From Planctomycetota bacterium (GTDB lineage Bacteria; Planctomycetota; UBA1135; UBA2386): a stretch of DNA of 64,000 nucleotides. Below, in pieces: positions 28,181 to 37,001 of the stretch. The notes beneath the pieces are model-generated. The model was given only the letters and a program-made list of their open reading frames with translations. It made no database searches and was not told where the DNA came from. How positions within the stretch are numbered: the stretch's first letter is position 1; every line of letters begins with the position of its first letter. Location of the stretch: the NCBI GenBank assembly GCA_020848735.1, contig JADLHO010000163.1:3313-67312 (forward strand), in the 5' to 3' direction. The position numbers were made by a program, and so were the translations under genes.

Positions 28181-29214
28181 CCGAGGTGCTCGCGAGCCTG
28201 CTCGTCCGGGGACGTCCGCTCGAGATCCGCATCGCCGAGCCTGCCGACGACGAGGCGCTCGTCGACTGCTTCAACTCGATCTTCCCGGTCGACCATCCGA
28301 GCGTGCCGCCGATGGACCTCGCGACCTGGCGCTGGAAGTACCGCGCGCCGGGCCTCGCGCGACGCGAGATGATCGTCGCGACGCATGCGGAGGTCGGGGT
28401 GGTCGGCGCGTACCCCTCGCAGCCGCTGCGCGCCCGCTTCGAAGGGCAGCCCTGCCGCACGGCGCAGATCACCGACCTCATGGTCCGCCACGCCTGGCGG
28501 CGCGTCGGCGAGCGGCCGGGGCTCTTCGTCCAGATGGGCAAGCTCTACTACGGGCTCTACTGCGGCGCCGGGGAGGAGCGGCAACGCTTCAACTACGGCT
28601 GGCCGGTGCCCGCGTGGCGCATCGGGCAGCGCTACCTGCAGTACGAGAACGTGCGCGACTGGAACTTCCTCGCGCGCGAGATCCCGGTCGCGAACTCGCA
28701 GCTCACCGCGATGCCGGCCGGTTTCACGGCGCAGGAGGTCGAGCGCTTCGGCGCCGAGACCGACGCGCTCTTCGAACGGGTCGCGGGCGAGTCCCGCTTC
28801 ACGCTCGAGAAGGACAGCACGTGGTTGAACTGGCGCTACGCGGAGCATCCCTCGCGCCGCTACCGCCTCCTCGAGCTGCGCGCGCGGGGCGAGCTGCGCG
28901 CGATCGCCGTCGACGGCATCGCGGATCTCCGCCGCCCGAACACGTCGTTCCTCGTCGACTGGATCGTGCCCGCGGGCGACGGCGACGCGCTCGCGGCGAT
29001 CGTCGCCGCCGCGGAACGGCGCGCACACGCCGCGGGCACGGGCGCGCTGGCCACCGTGGCGAATCCCGCGGATCCGCGCCATCGTCGACTCCAGCAGTTC
29101 GGCTACGACACCTGGGACAGCGGGTACTTCCTCGTCGTCGCCGCGTTCACGCTCGACGCCATGGTGCTGCGCGACGCGTGGCACTTCACGATGGGCGAGT
29201 CCGACCTCATCTGA
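28177..29214 (+). CDS. GNAT-like acetyltransferase-fold protein (two-domain, about 345 aa)
   Basis: The GTGA overlap with the upstream GNAT gene suggests coupling. An N-terminal GNAT-like segment is present (IRIAEPADDEALVDCFNSIF ... ITDLMVRHAWRRVG), and the C-terminal half is a second, similar domain. The family call is approximate. Confidence 0.6.
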   Translation: MTEVLASLLVRGRPLEIRIAEPADDEALVDCFNSIFPVDHPSVPPMDLATWRWKYRAPGLARREMIVATHAEVGVVGAYPSQPLRARFEGQPCRTAQITDLMVRHAWRRVGERPGLFVQMGKLYYGLYCGAGEERQRFNYGWPVPAWRIGQRYLQYENVRDWNFLAREIPVANSQLTAMPAGFTAQEVERFGAETDALFERVAGESRFTLEKDSTWLNWRYAEHPSRRYRLLELRARGELRAIAVDGIADLRRPNTSFLVDWIVPAGDGDALAAIVAAAERRAHAAGTGALATVANPADPRHRRLQQFGYDTWDSGYFLVVAAFTLDAMVLRDAWHFTMGESDLI

Positions 29215-29232
29215 ACCACGATCGGCACGAGG

Positions 29233-29943
29233 ATGTCCGCTCCCCACGCTGCCCACGACGCGACGACGCGATTGCCTGCGCCGCGACTCCTGGCGACGCC
29301 ACCGCGGGGGCGCGTGCTCTGCTTCGCCCCGCATCCCGACGACGAGGTGATCGGGCCCGGCGGCACGCTCGCGCTCCATGCGCGCGCGGGTGACCCCGTG
29401 CGCGTCGTGATCGCGACCGACGGCGCCTCCGGTGACCCGGATGGCCGCTTCCCGCGCGCGGAGTACGCCGCCCGCCGCCGCGCCGAGTCGGTGGCCGGAC
29501 TCGCCGTGCTCGGCGTGCCCGCGCCGATCTGCTGGGGCTACCCCGATGCCTGCGTGCTGACCGAAGCCGACCTCGCGGGGATCGCCGAGCGCGCCGGCGC
29601 GGAGCTCGCGGCGTGGCCGGCCGACGTCGTCTATCTGCCCTGGTCCGGCGAGCACAACGCGGATCACCGCGCGTTGCACGACGGCGTGGCGCGTGCCCTG
29701 CGTCGCCACGCGTTCCGCGGCGTGGCCCTCGGCTACGAGGTCTGGTCGCCGCTCGAGCCCGAGCTCCTGATCGACATCGAGCCCTGCGTCGCGCTCAAGC
29801 GCCGCGCGATCGGCTGCTACGAGACGCAGCTCCGCTACGTCGACTACGCGCACGTCATCCTCGGTCTCAACGCGTATCGCTCGCTGCACTGCGGCGGCGG
29901 ACGCGGCCATGCGGAGGCCTTCTGCCTCGTCGCGACGACCTGA
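29233..29943 (+). CDS. PIG-L / LmbE-family deacetylase
   Basis: VLCFAPHPDDEVIGPGGTL carries the signature PHPDDE. The downstream HNADH / HxxH region also fits. Confidence 0.85.
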   Translation: MSAPHAAHDATTRLPAPRLLATPPRGRVLCFAPHPDDEVIGPGGTLALHARAGDPVRVVIATDGASGDPDGRFPRAEYAARRRAESVAGLAVLGVPAPICWGYPDACVLTEADLAGIAERAGAELAAWPADVVYLPWSGEHNADHRALHDGVARALRRHAFRGVALGYEVWSPLEPELLIDIEPCVALKRRAIGCYETQLRYVDYAHVILGLNAYRSLHCGGGRGHAEAFCLVATT

Positions 29944-29956
29944 GCGCGCGCGCCCC

Positions 29957-31162
29957 ATGACTCCGCAACCCGCACGGTCCGCCACGGCCCTCACGCTCAC
30001 ACCCCGCGCCGCGAGCCTGGCCCGCAAGGGCCAGCTCTGGTTCTACGCCGACGACGTCGACCCGCCGCTGTCCGCGGACACCGCGCCCTCGCTCGTGCGT
30101 CTCGCCGACCACGAGGGCCGCGATCTGGGTCTCGCGCTCTGCTCACCGCGGAGCAAGCTCTGCTTCCGGCGCTGCGGTCGCTGGCCGGGCGAGGGCGTGC
30201 CGAGCCCGGCCGAGTTCCTCCGCGCGCGGCTCGCCGCGGCGATCGCGGCGCGCGCCGCGCTCGCGTCGCCCGAGGGCGGCGTGCGGCTCGTGCACGGCGA
30301 GGCCGACGAACTGCCGGGGCTCGTCGTCGATCGCTTCGCGGATTGCCTCGTCGTGCAGCTCGGCACCGCGCCGCTGGAGGCGATGTGCGCCGATCTCGTC
30401 GAGGTCCTCGAGTCGCTCTGCGCGCCGCGCATGATCCTCGCGCGCAACGACCTCGCGGTGCGCCGCTTCGAGGGTCTCGACCAGACCGTGCGTCTCCTCT
30501 CCGGCCGCCGGGTGGAGGAGCTCGAGATCGTCGAGGCCGGCCTGCGTCATCCCGTGCGCCCGTTCGACGGCCACAAGACCGGCTTCTACCTCGATCAGGC
30601 GCCCGCGCGCGCGTACGTGCGCGCCCACGCGCGCGGCCGACGCGTGCTCGATGCGTTCGCCTACCAATGCGGCTTCGCCCTGTCCGCCCTGGCCGGCGGC
30701 GCGCGCGATGCGCTCGCGATCGACGAGTCGGCGCCGGCGCTCGAACGCGCGCGCGCGACGGCGGCGGCCAACGGGCTCGGGGGGCTCGAGACGGTCACCG
30801 CGAACGCCTTCCAGCACCTGCGTGAGCTGCGCCAGGCGGGCCGCGCCTTCGAGCTCGTGGTCGTCGATCCACCGGCCTTCGCGAAGAGCCGTCGCGAACT
30901 CGAGGGTGGACTGCGCGGTTACCGCGACCTCAACCGTCTCGCGCTGCGCGTGCTCGCCCCGGGTGGACTGATGCTCACGTGCTCGTGCAGCCACCACGTG
31001 AGCCTGCCGCACTTCGAGGACGTGCTGCGCCAGGCGGCGGCCGACCTGCCGTTCCGCGTGCTCCTCCGGGCCCGTCTCGGGGCCGGACCCGATCACCCCG
31101 TCGCGATCACGGCACCCGAGTCCGAGTACCTGAAGGTGCTCGTCGTCGAGCGCGCGGGTTGA
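29957..31162 (+). CDS. SAM-dependent 23S rRNA (cytosine-C5) methyltransferase, RlmI-like
   Basis: The product has a PUA-like N-terminus, [25 protein letters not shown], a SAM-binding block ([13 protein letters not shown]) and the catalytic VVDPPAF. Confidence 0.85.
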   Translation: MTPQPARSATALTLTPRAASLARKGQLWFYADDVDPPLSADTAPSLVRLADHEGRDLGLALCSPRSKLCFRRCGRWPGEGVPSPAEFLRARLAAAIAARAALASPEGGVRLVHGEADELPGLVVDRFADCLVVQLGTAPLEAMCADLVEVLESLCAPRMILARNDLAVRRFEGLDQTVRLLSGRRVEELEIVEAGLRHPVRPFDGHKTGFYLDQAPARAYVRAHARGRRVLDAFAYQCGFALSALAGGARDALAIDESAPALERARATAAANGLGGLETVTANAFQHLRELRQAGRAFELVVVDPPAFAKSRRELEGGLRGYRDLNRLALRVLAPGGLMLTCSCSHHVSLPHFEDVLRQAAADLPFRVLLRARLGAGPDHPVAITAPESEYLKVLVVERAG

Positions 31163-31196
31163 GCGGCGGGTATCGTCCCCGCCCCCCAACGACGCC

Positions 31197-31433
31197 GTGA
31201 CCGACCCAGCCGACGGAAGCCCCGCGACGACACTCGCCGTGACGATCAACGGCGAACGGCACGTCTTGCCCGACGGCACCAGCGTGGCCGCCCTGCTCGA
31301 ACTCCACCGCCTCGATGCGCGCTTCACCGCCGTCGAGCGCAACGCCGAACTCGTGCCGAAGTCGCGCTTCGCGAGCACGCGGCTCGCCGACGGCGATCGG
31401 CTCGAGATCGTCACCCTCGTCGGCGGTGGGTGA
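31197..31433 (+). CDS. thiS: Sulfur-carrier protein ThiS
   Basis: The small beta-grasp protein ends in ...[10 protein letters not shown]. It lies directly upstream of thiG. The start is GTG. Confidence 0.8.
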   Translation: MTDPADGSPATTLAVTINGERHVLPDGTSVAALLELHRLDARFTAVERNAELVPKSRFASTRLADGDRLEIVTLVGGG

Positions 31434-31463
31434 GCCGCGCGCGTGCACGATGGGAGAACCGCG

Positions 31464-32306
31464 ATGACCGACCAGCAGCCCGCAGCGAATCCCTGGCTCA
31501 CCCCGGCGCAGCCGCGCCGCGAGGACGTCCCGCTCGTCCTCGGCGCGCACACGTTCACGTCGCGGCTCTTCGTCGGCACCGGCAAGTACGCAGACCTCGC
31601 CACGATGCGCGACGCCCTCGACGCCTCGGGCACCGAGTGCGTGACCGTCGCCGTGCGGCGCCTCTCGCTCGGCGTGCCGCAGGGGAAGACGCTGCTCGAC
31701 TACCTCGACACGCGGCGCTATCGGCTCCTGCCCAACACCGCGGGCTGCTTCGACGCCGACAGCGCGATCCGCACGGCGCGCCTCGGTCGCGAGGCCGGGA
31801 TGTCGGAGCTGGTGAAGCTCGAGGTGCTCGGCGATCCCGACACGCTGCTGCCCGACCCGGTCGGCACGCTCGAGGCGGCGAAGGTGCTCGTGAAGGAGGG
31901 CTTCACCGTGCTCTGCTACACGAGCGACGACCCCGTGCTCGCGAAGCGCCTGGAGGATCTCGGCTGCGCCGCCGTGATGCCCGCGGGGGCGCCGATCGGC
32001 TCGGGGCTCGGCATCCTCAACCGGAACAACCTCTCGATCATCCTCGAGCGCGCGCGCGTGCCGGTGCTCGTCGACGCGGGCGTGGGCACGGCGTCGGACG
32101 TCTCGATCGCGATGGAACTCGGCGCCGACGGCGTGCTGCTCAACACCGGCATCGCGCTGGCCAAGGACCCGGTGTGCATGGCCCGCGCGATGAGGCTCGC
32201 CTGCGAGGCGGGTCGCCTCGCGTGGCTCGCGGGTCGGATGGGTTCGCGGCGCTACGCGAGCGCCTCGTCGCCGATGCAGGGTCGCATCGGGATCGCCGGG
32301 GACTGA
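31464..32306 (+). CDS. thiG: Thiazole synthase
   Basis: [20 protein letters not shown] and APIGSGLGI are the classic ThiG blocks. GTG 31443 is an alternative start. Confidence 0.92.
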   Translation: MTDQQPAANPWLTPAQPRREDVPLVLGAHTFTSRLFVGTGKYADLATMRDALDASGTECVTVAVRRLSLGVPQGKTLLDYLDTRRYRLLPNTAGCFDADSAIRTARLGREAGMSELVKLEVLGDPDTLLPDPVGTLEAAKVLVKEGFTVLCYTSDDPVLAKRLEDLGCAAVMPAGAPIGSGLGILNRNNLSIILERARVPVLVDAGVGTASDVSIAMELGADGVLLNTGIALAKDPVCMARAMRLACEAGRLAWLAGRMGSRRYASASSPMQGRIGIAGD

Positions 32307-32356
32307 GCGGCGCCGTCTTCGTCTTCATCGCGTTCATCGCGACGGCGTCGTTCGCG

Positions 32357-33028
32357 ATGGAGCTGATGGGTGCGCGGACCGCGAGCGGTGCGCACGTCGT
32401 CGAGATCGCGCTCGCCGGCCAGCTCTGCGGCTTCGCCGTCGCGCTCGCGCTCGCGGCGCTCTGGCGGGCCCGGCCGATGGTGCTCCGCCTCGCGCCCGGC
32501 ATGCCGCTCGAACCGCAGCGGCCCTGGTTCGCGCGCGGCGCGCTCGCGACCTTGCCGGGCGCGGTGCTGCGCTACGCGGTCTTCCTGCTCGGCTGGGTGC
32601 CGCTCGCGCTCTTCTGCATCCCCGCGGTCTGGCGCGCACTCGGCTGGACGATCGAACCGCAGCCGCACCTCGCCTACTTCGCGACGCCCTCCCTCTCGCC
32701 CTGGTTCGGCGGTGCGGCCGTCTCCGTCGCACTGGTCGGACCGATCTTCGAGGAGGTCGTGTTCCGCGGCTTCCTCCACGACGGTCTGCGCGCGCGGCTC
32801 GGGCCGCGGACCACGATCGCGGTGGTCGCGTTGCTCTTCGGCGCGATGCACGTCGAGAGCGGCACCTACCTGCTCGTCCCCACGGCCCTGCTCGGCGCGT
32901 TCTTCGGCTGGCTGCGCGAGCGCAGCGACGGACTGCTCGCGCCGATCGCGGCCCACGTGCTGCACAACGCGGCGACCGTCGCCCTGGTCGCGAGCTCGCC
33001 GGCCTTCCTCGACGAGGTGTTCCGATGA
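32357..33028 (+). CDS. CPBP-family intramembrane glutamic endopeptidase (CAAX protease-like)
   Basis: The polytopic protein has the motifs GPIFEEVVFRGF, LLFGAMH and APIAAHVLHN. The start is uncertain: the frame is open from thiG, and the first ATG is at 32357. Confidence 0.78.
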   Translation: MELMGARTASGAHVVEIALAGQLCGFAVALALAALWRARPMVLRLAPGMPLEPQRPWFARGALATLPGAVLRYAVFLLGWVPLALFCIPAVWRALGWTIEPQPHLAYFATPSLSPWFGGAAVSVALVGPIFEEVVFRGFLHDGLRARLGPRTTIAVVALLFGAMHVESGTYLLVPTALLGAFFGWLRERSDGLLAPIAAHVLHNAATVALVASSPAFLDEVFR

Positions 33029-33552
33029 CGAACGAGCGCGAGTTCAAGGTCTGGCCCGACATGGTCGGTCGCCTGCGTCGCATCGGCGGGGCGATGATCG
33101 CCGACAACGCGGTGGTCGTCGGCGACGTGCGGCTCGGGCGCGACGTCTCGGTCTGGTTCGGCGTGACGATCCGCGGCGACGACGCGGCGATCGAGATCGG
33201 CGACGACACGAACGTGCAGGACAACACGTGCGTGCACGTCGACGTCGGCGCGCCGCAGCGCATCGGCCGCGGTGTCACGATCGGCCACGGCGTCGTGCTG
33301 CACGGCGTCGAGGTCGGCGATTACGCGCTCCTCGGCATGAACGCGACCGTGCTCGGCGGGGCCCGCATCGGCGCCTACTCGATCATCGGCGCCGGCTGCG
33401 TGGTCAGCGAAGGCATGGTCGTGCCCGAGGGTTCGGTGGTGCTGGGCGTGCCGGGCCGCATCCGCCGGACGGTCACCGCGGCCGAGCGCGAGGCGATGCG
33501 TTGGCGCGCGGGGCACTACGTGCAGCGCGCGTTGTCGTACCTCGCACCGTGA
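33025..33552 (+). CDS. Gamma-carbonic-anhydrase-like / hexapeptide-repeat (LbH) protein
   Basis: The ATGA overlap with the CPBP gene suggests coupling. Left-handed beta-helix repeats are present (IGDDTNVQDNTCVHVD..IGRGVTIGHGVVLHGVEVGDYALLGMNATVLGGARIG). Confidence 0.85.
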   Translation: MTNEREFKVWPDMVGRLRRIGGAMIADNAVVVGDVRLGRDVSVWFGVTIRGDDAAIEIGDDTNVQDNTCVHVDVGAPQRIGRGVTIGHGVVLHGVEVGDYALLGMNATVLGGARIGAYSIIGAGCVVSEGMVVPEGSVVLGVPGRIRRTVTAAEREAMRWRAGHYVQRALSYLAP

Positions 33553-33685
33553 GCGGCGAGCACGCGATCGCATGGCGCGTTGGCGAGCGGTGCCCAGTCG
33601 ACGTTGCGCCGTCGCGTGATCGATCGACGGCCCAGGGTATGGCGCGTGATAGACTGCCCCGTCGCAGTCCGTTGCGGCGCCTCCC

Positions 33686-35905
33686 ATGAGTGCTCTTCGC
33701 TCGCTCCCTGCGTGGGTTCTCCCGCTCGCGTTGTTCACCCTGAACGCGTGCGCCAATCACAGCCGTGGCCGTTCGGGTCAGGTCGCGCCGCTCCGCAGCA
33801 TCGGCTTCGAGTCGCGGCTCCTGATCGAGACCGGTGCGAGCGCCGCGGCCTGCACCGTCCCGGTCGATGCCGATCGCAACGGCCGCACCGATCTCGTGAC
33901 GGCCTCGCTCGACGGCGTGCTGGTCGTCGCGTTGGCCCAGGCCGGGGGCAGCTTCACCACGGGCCAGACCCTCGCTCTCCCCGCGCGCCCGGTCGCGCTG
34001 TGTGCCGCCGACCTCGATCGCGACGGCGATGCCGACCTCGTCACCGTCATGGCCGATGGCACGGCGCAGGTGTTCCGCGGCGACGGCCGCGGCGGCTTTG
34101 TGGCCTTCGGTCCGCGCTTCGCGGTCGGCCGCGACGCGCTCGATGCGCAGCTCGGCGACGTCGATGGCGACGGTGCACCCGACCTCGTGGTCGTCGAGCA
34201 CGCCCACGGCGACTTCGGCCTCTTCCGCGGCCTCGGCGACCTCGGCTTCATGGGGCGGATCTCGCTGCTCCCGCCGCGCCGCGGCGCGTTCTGTGGCTTC
34301 CCACGCATCGCGGACTTCGATGGCGACGGTCGCCCGGACCTCGCCTGCGCGGACTTCTCGCTCGGCCGGGTCGTCGTGTTGCTCGGTGATGGCACCGGGC
34401 TGCCGGCGCGCGACCACAGCGTCGACGTCGGTGGCAGCTGCTTCGGTCTCGCCGCCGGCGACCTCAACGGCGACGGTCGCGCGGAGCTCTTCGCGCCCTC
34501 GCTCGCCGAACGGCGGATCGCGGTGCTCGCCTACCTCGGCGGCACGCGGCTCGAGATCGTGCAGTCCCTGCCGACCGAGGGCGCGCCGAGCAGCGTCTAC
34601 GCCGCGGACCTCGACGGCGACCAGCAGCTCGATCTCGCCAGCGTCCTTTTGGATCGCCATGCGATCGCCGTCCATCACGGCCTGGGCGGAGCGCTCGCCG
34701 CGACGCCGATCGAGATGCCCGTCAGCGGTTCGGCGACCACGCCGTTCGCCGCGGATCTCGACGGCGACTCCGTGGCCGACCTGATCGCGCCGGCCTTCGG
34801 CGCGCCGGTCGTCAACGTCTATCTCGGCCGCCGTCCGGGCACCCTGCGCGGTGGTCGCTTCCACCGCGTGCCGGGCGTCGCGAGTCCCGCGGTCGTGCAC
34901 GCCGGCGACTTCGACGGCGATGGCGCCCGCGACGTGGTGACCGCCGGGTTCGACGGCAGCGTGGTCTCGATCACCATCGGCCGTGGCGATGGCCTCGACC
35001 TCGCCCTCGAGCCGCTCGCGTCGATCGAGCTCGGCCGTCTCGTGCAGAACGTGCACGCGGCGGACCTCGATCGCGATGGCCGCGTCGACCTCGTCGTTCC
35101 GGTGGTGGGTGGCGTGAAGCTGCTGGCCAACCGCTCGCAGGGCGGCAGCGTCGCGTTCGACGTCATCCCGCCCGGCGACGACGCGGTGCTCGCGCCGGGT
35201 GACGGGCCCTTCGAGGTCCTCGTCGGCGACATCGACGGCGATCGGCTGCGCGACGTCGTGGTCGCGTATCACGTCGAGTCGCGCGTGACCCTCCTGCGCG
35301 GCACGGCGACGCCGTTCGTCTTCGCGGCACCCCAGGACACGCCGATCGAGGGCCGCGCCTTCGGCCTCGCGCTCGGCGACTTCGACGGCGATGGCCTGAA
35401 CGAGGTGGCGACCAGCCGGCTCGAACGCGCGACGATCACGCTCCTCGAGGTGACGCGAGATGGCCTCGTGCCGGTGCTCGACATCCCGGTGGGGCCGGGA
35501 CCGAACTACCTCCGCGCCGGCGACTTCGACGCCAACGGCGCGACGGACCTCGTGGTCAGCGACGGCGCCGGCAACTCGATCACCGTGCTCGTCTCGCGGC
35601 GCGGCGGGGCGTTCCAGAGCACGACGATCGCCGCCGGCTCGGGGCCGACCGCGCTGCTCGCCGCCGACCTCAATCGCGACGGCTTCGACGACGTCCTCGT
35701 CGCCGCCCAGGGCAGCAGCGAGTGCCGCGTCGTGCTCGGCGACGGGCGCGGCGGCTTCGGTGCACCGATCGTCTTCCCCGCGCTCCACCAGGCGATCGCC
35801 GCGGCGCTCGCCGACCTCGACGACGACGGTCTGCCGGACCTCCTGCTCGGGAGTTTCGAGAGCCGCGCGATCGCGACCTTCATCAACCGCAGCCGCCGCG
35901 ATTGA
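33686..35905 (+). CDS. FG-GAP/VCBS-repeat lipoprotein (beta-propeller)
   Basis: The lipobox is LALFTLNAC. There are more than 10 repeats of the [DN]xDxDGxxD[LV]V calcium-binding motif (DLDRDGDADLV, DVDGDGAPDLVV, DFDGDGRPDLA, and so on). Confidence 0.85.
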   Translation: MSALRSLPAWVLPLALFTLNACANHSRGRSGQVAPLRSIGFESRLLIETGASAAACTVPVDADRNGRTDLVTASLDGVLVVALAQAGGSFTTGQTLALPARPVALCAADLDRDGDADLVTVMADGTAQVFRGDGRGGFVAFGPRFAVGRDALDAQLGDVDGDGAPDLVVVEHAHGDFGLFRGLGDLGFMGRISLLPPRRGAFCGFPRIADFDGDGRPDLACADFSLGRVVVLLGDGTGLPARDHSVDVGGSCFGLAAGDLNGDGRAELFAPSLAERRIAVLAYLGGTRLEIVQSLPTEGAPSSVYAADLDGDQQLDLASVLLDRHAIAVHHGLGGALAATPIEMPVSGSATTPFAADLDGDSVADLIAPAFGAPVVNVYLGRRPGTLRGGRFHRVPGVASPAVVHAGDFDGDGARDVVTAGFDGSVVSITIGRGDGLDLALEPLASIELGRLVQNVHAADLDRDGRVDLVVPVVGGVKLLANRSQGGSVAFDVIPPGDDAVLAPGDGPFEVLVGDIDGDRLRDVVVAYHVESRVTLLRGTATPFVFAAPQDTPIEGRAFGLALGDFDGDGLNEVATSRLERATITLLEVTRDGLVPVLDIPVGPGPNYLRAGDFDANGATDLVVSDGAGNSITVLVSRRGGAFQSTTIAAGSGPTALLAADLNRDGFDDVLVAAQGSSECRVVLGDGRGGFGAPIVFPALHQAIAAALADLDDDGLPDLLLGSFESRAIATFINRSRRD

Positions 35906-35976
35906 ATCGGCGGCGCTTCCCGGTCGTCTGCCGGCTTCCTTCCAGCGCTTCTTCCACCACGGGGGTATCCGACTCG

Positions 35977-36936
35977 ATGGCCATGCCGTCGCTGATGGGC
36001 GTGATCCTTGCCGCAGGCAAGGGCACGCGCATGCGTCCCTTCTCCGAACACTGGCCCAAGCCGATCCTCCCGCTCGGCGGCAAGCCGCTGATCGCACACC
36101 AGCTCGAGATGATGAAGGCGGTCGGCGTCGAGGACGTCGTGATCGTCATCGGTCACCTCGGCCACCAGGTCGTGCGCGAGCTCGGCGACGGCGAGAAGTT
36201 CGGGCTGAACATCCGCTACGTCGAGCAGGGCGAGACGCTCGGCATCGCGCACGCGGTCTACAAGCTCGAGAAGCACGTCGACCGGCCCTTCTTCCTCTTC
36301 CTCGGCGATATCTACTTCGAGACGGAGAACCTCGCCTCGATGCCGCAGCGCATGATGGGCCCGGGCGGCGCCGACGGCGTGCTCGCGGTGATGCGCGAGC
36401 CGGATGCCGAGAAGATCCGCCGCAACTTCGTCGTGCTCACCGACGCCAACGGCCGCGTGCACCGCGTGGTCGAGAAGCCGCGCTTCGCCCGCACGGATCT
36501 CAAGGGCTGCGGCATCTACCTCTTCGACCAGTCCTTCTTCGACGCCGTGCGCCGCACGCCGCGCACCGCGATGCGCGACGAGTACGAGATCACCGACGCG
36601 ATCCAGATCTACATCGACGACGGCTACCGCGTGGAGGCCGCCGAGGTCATCAAGGCCGACCTCAACCTCTCCTACCCGATGGACCTGCTGCACCTGAACC
36701 TGCGCTGGCTCGACGTCCACGGCGCGCGCAATCTCATCGGCCGCAGCGTGCAGATCGCCGAGGGCGCCTCCCTCGAACGCTGCCTCGTGCTCGACGGCGC
36801 CGTGATCGAGAAGCCGATCAAGATGCGCGAGGTGCTGGTCTTCCCGAACGTCCGCGTGAAGCACGAGGGCGAGCTCACCCGCGCGATCATCACGAAGGAG
36901 ACCGAGATCTTCGACAACGAGGCGGCGCAGCCCTGA
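35977..36936 (+). CDS. Sugar-phosphate nucleotidyltransferase
   Basis: The start at MAMPSLMGVILAAGKGTRMRPFS gives the G-x-G-T-R motif. The NTP_transferase fold is followed by a C-terminal beta-helix-like region. Confidence 0.85.
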   Translation: MAMPSLMGVILAAGKGTRMRPFSEHWPKPILPLGGKPLIAHQLEMMKAVGVEDVVIVIGHLGHQVVRELGDGEKFGLNIRYVEQGETLGIAHAVYKLEKHVDRPFFLFLGDIYFETENLASMPQRMMGPGGADGVLAVMREPDAEKIRRNFVVLTDANGRVHRVVEKPRFARTDLKGCGIYLFDQSFFDAVRRTPRTAMRDEYEITDAIQIYIDDGYRVEAAEVIKADLNLSYPMDLLHLNLRWLDVHGARNLIGRSVQIAEGASLERCLVLDGAVIEKPIKMREVLVFPNVRVKHEGELTRAIITKETEIFDNEAAQP

Positions 36937-36987
36937 GCGATGGGGGGGCAGCCCTGAGCGGAGGGGGGCAGCCCTGAGCGGAGGGCG
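36927..36987. repeat. About 3 copies of a 20-21-nt tandem repeat (GCAGCCCTGAGCG[AG][TA]GGGGG)
   Basis: Read directly from the sequence, the units are 36927-36947, 36948-36967 and 36968-36987. The repeat starts within the last codons and stop of the nucleotidyltransferase gene and fills the convergent spacer. A 6-bp hairpin CGGTGA/TCACCG follows at 36990-37007. Confidence 0.8.
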
Positions 36988-37001
36988 TTCGGTGACCGGG
37001 C

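Noticed and set aside
27682-30027. 781-aa minus-strand ORF antisense to the GNAT/GNAT/PIG-L genes
   Set aside because: It has no motifs and is Arg/Ala/Glu-rich. The plus-strand genes carry GNAT and PHPDDE signatures and are translationally coupled.
31163-31196. TPP riboswitch expected upstream of thiS
   Set aside because: Only 34 nt are available, containing one short hairpin (GGCGGG/CCCGCC). That is too short for a THI-box.
33473-36097. 874-aa minus-strand ORF antisense to the FG-GAP gene
   Set aside because: It is a shadow ORF. The plus strand encodes regular FG-GAP/Ca-binding repeats with a lipobox.
36934-36990. Idea that the repeated ...CAGCCC-TGA units are in-frame UGA (Sec or read-through) extensions of the nucleotidyltransferase gene
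   Set aside because: The repeat period is 21 nt and then 20 nt, so the third unit is out of frame. There is no SECIS-like context, so this is most simply a duplicated 3' end.
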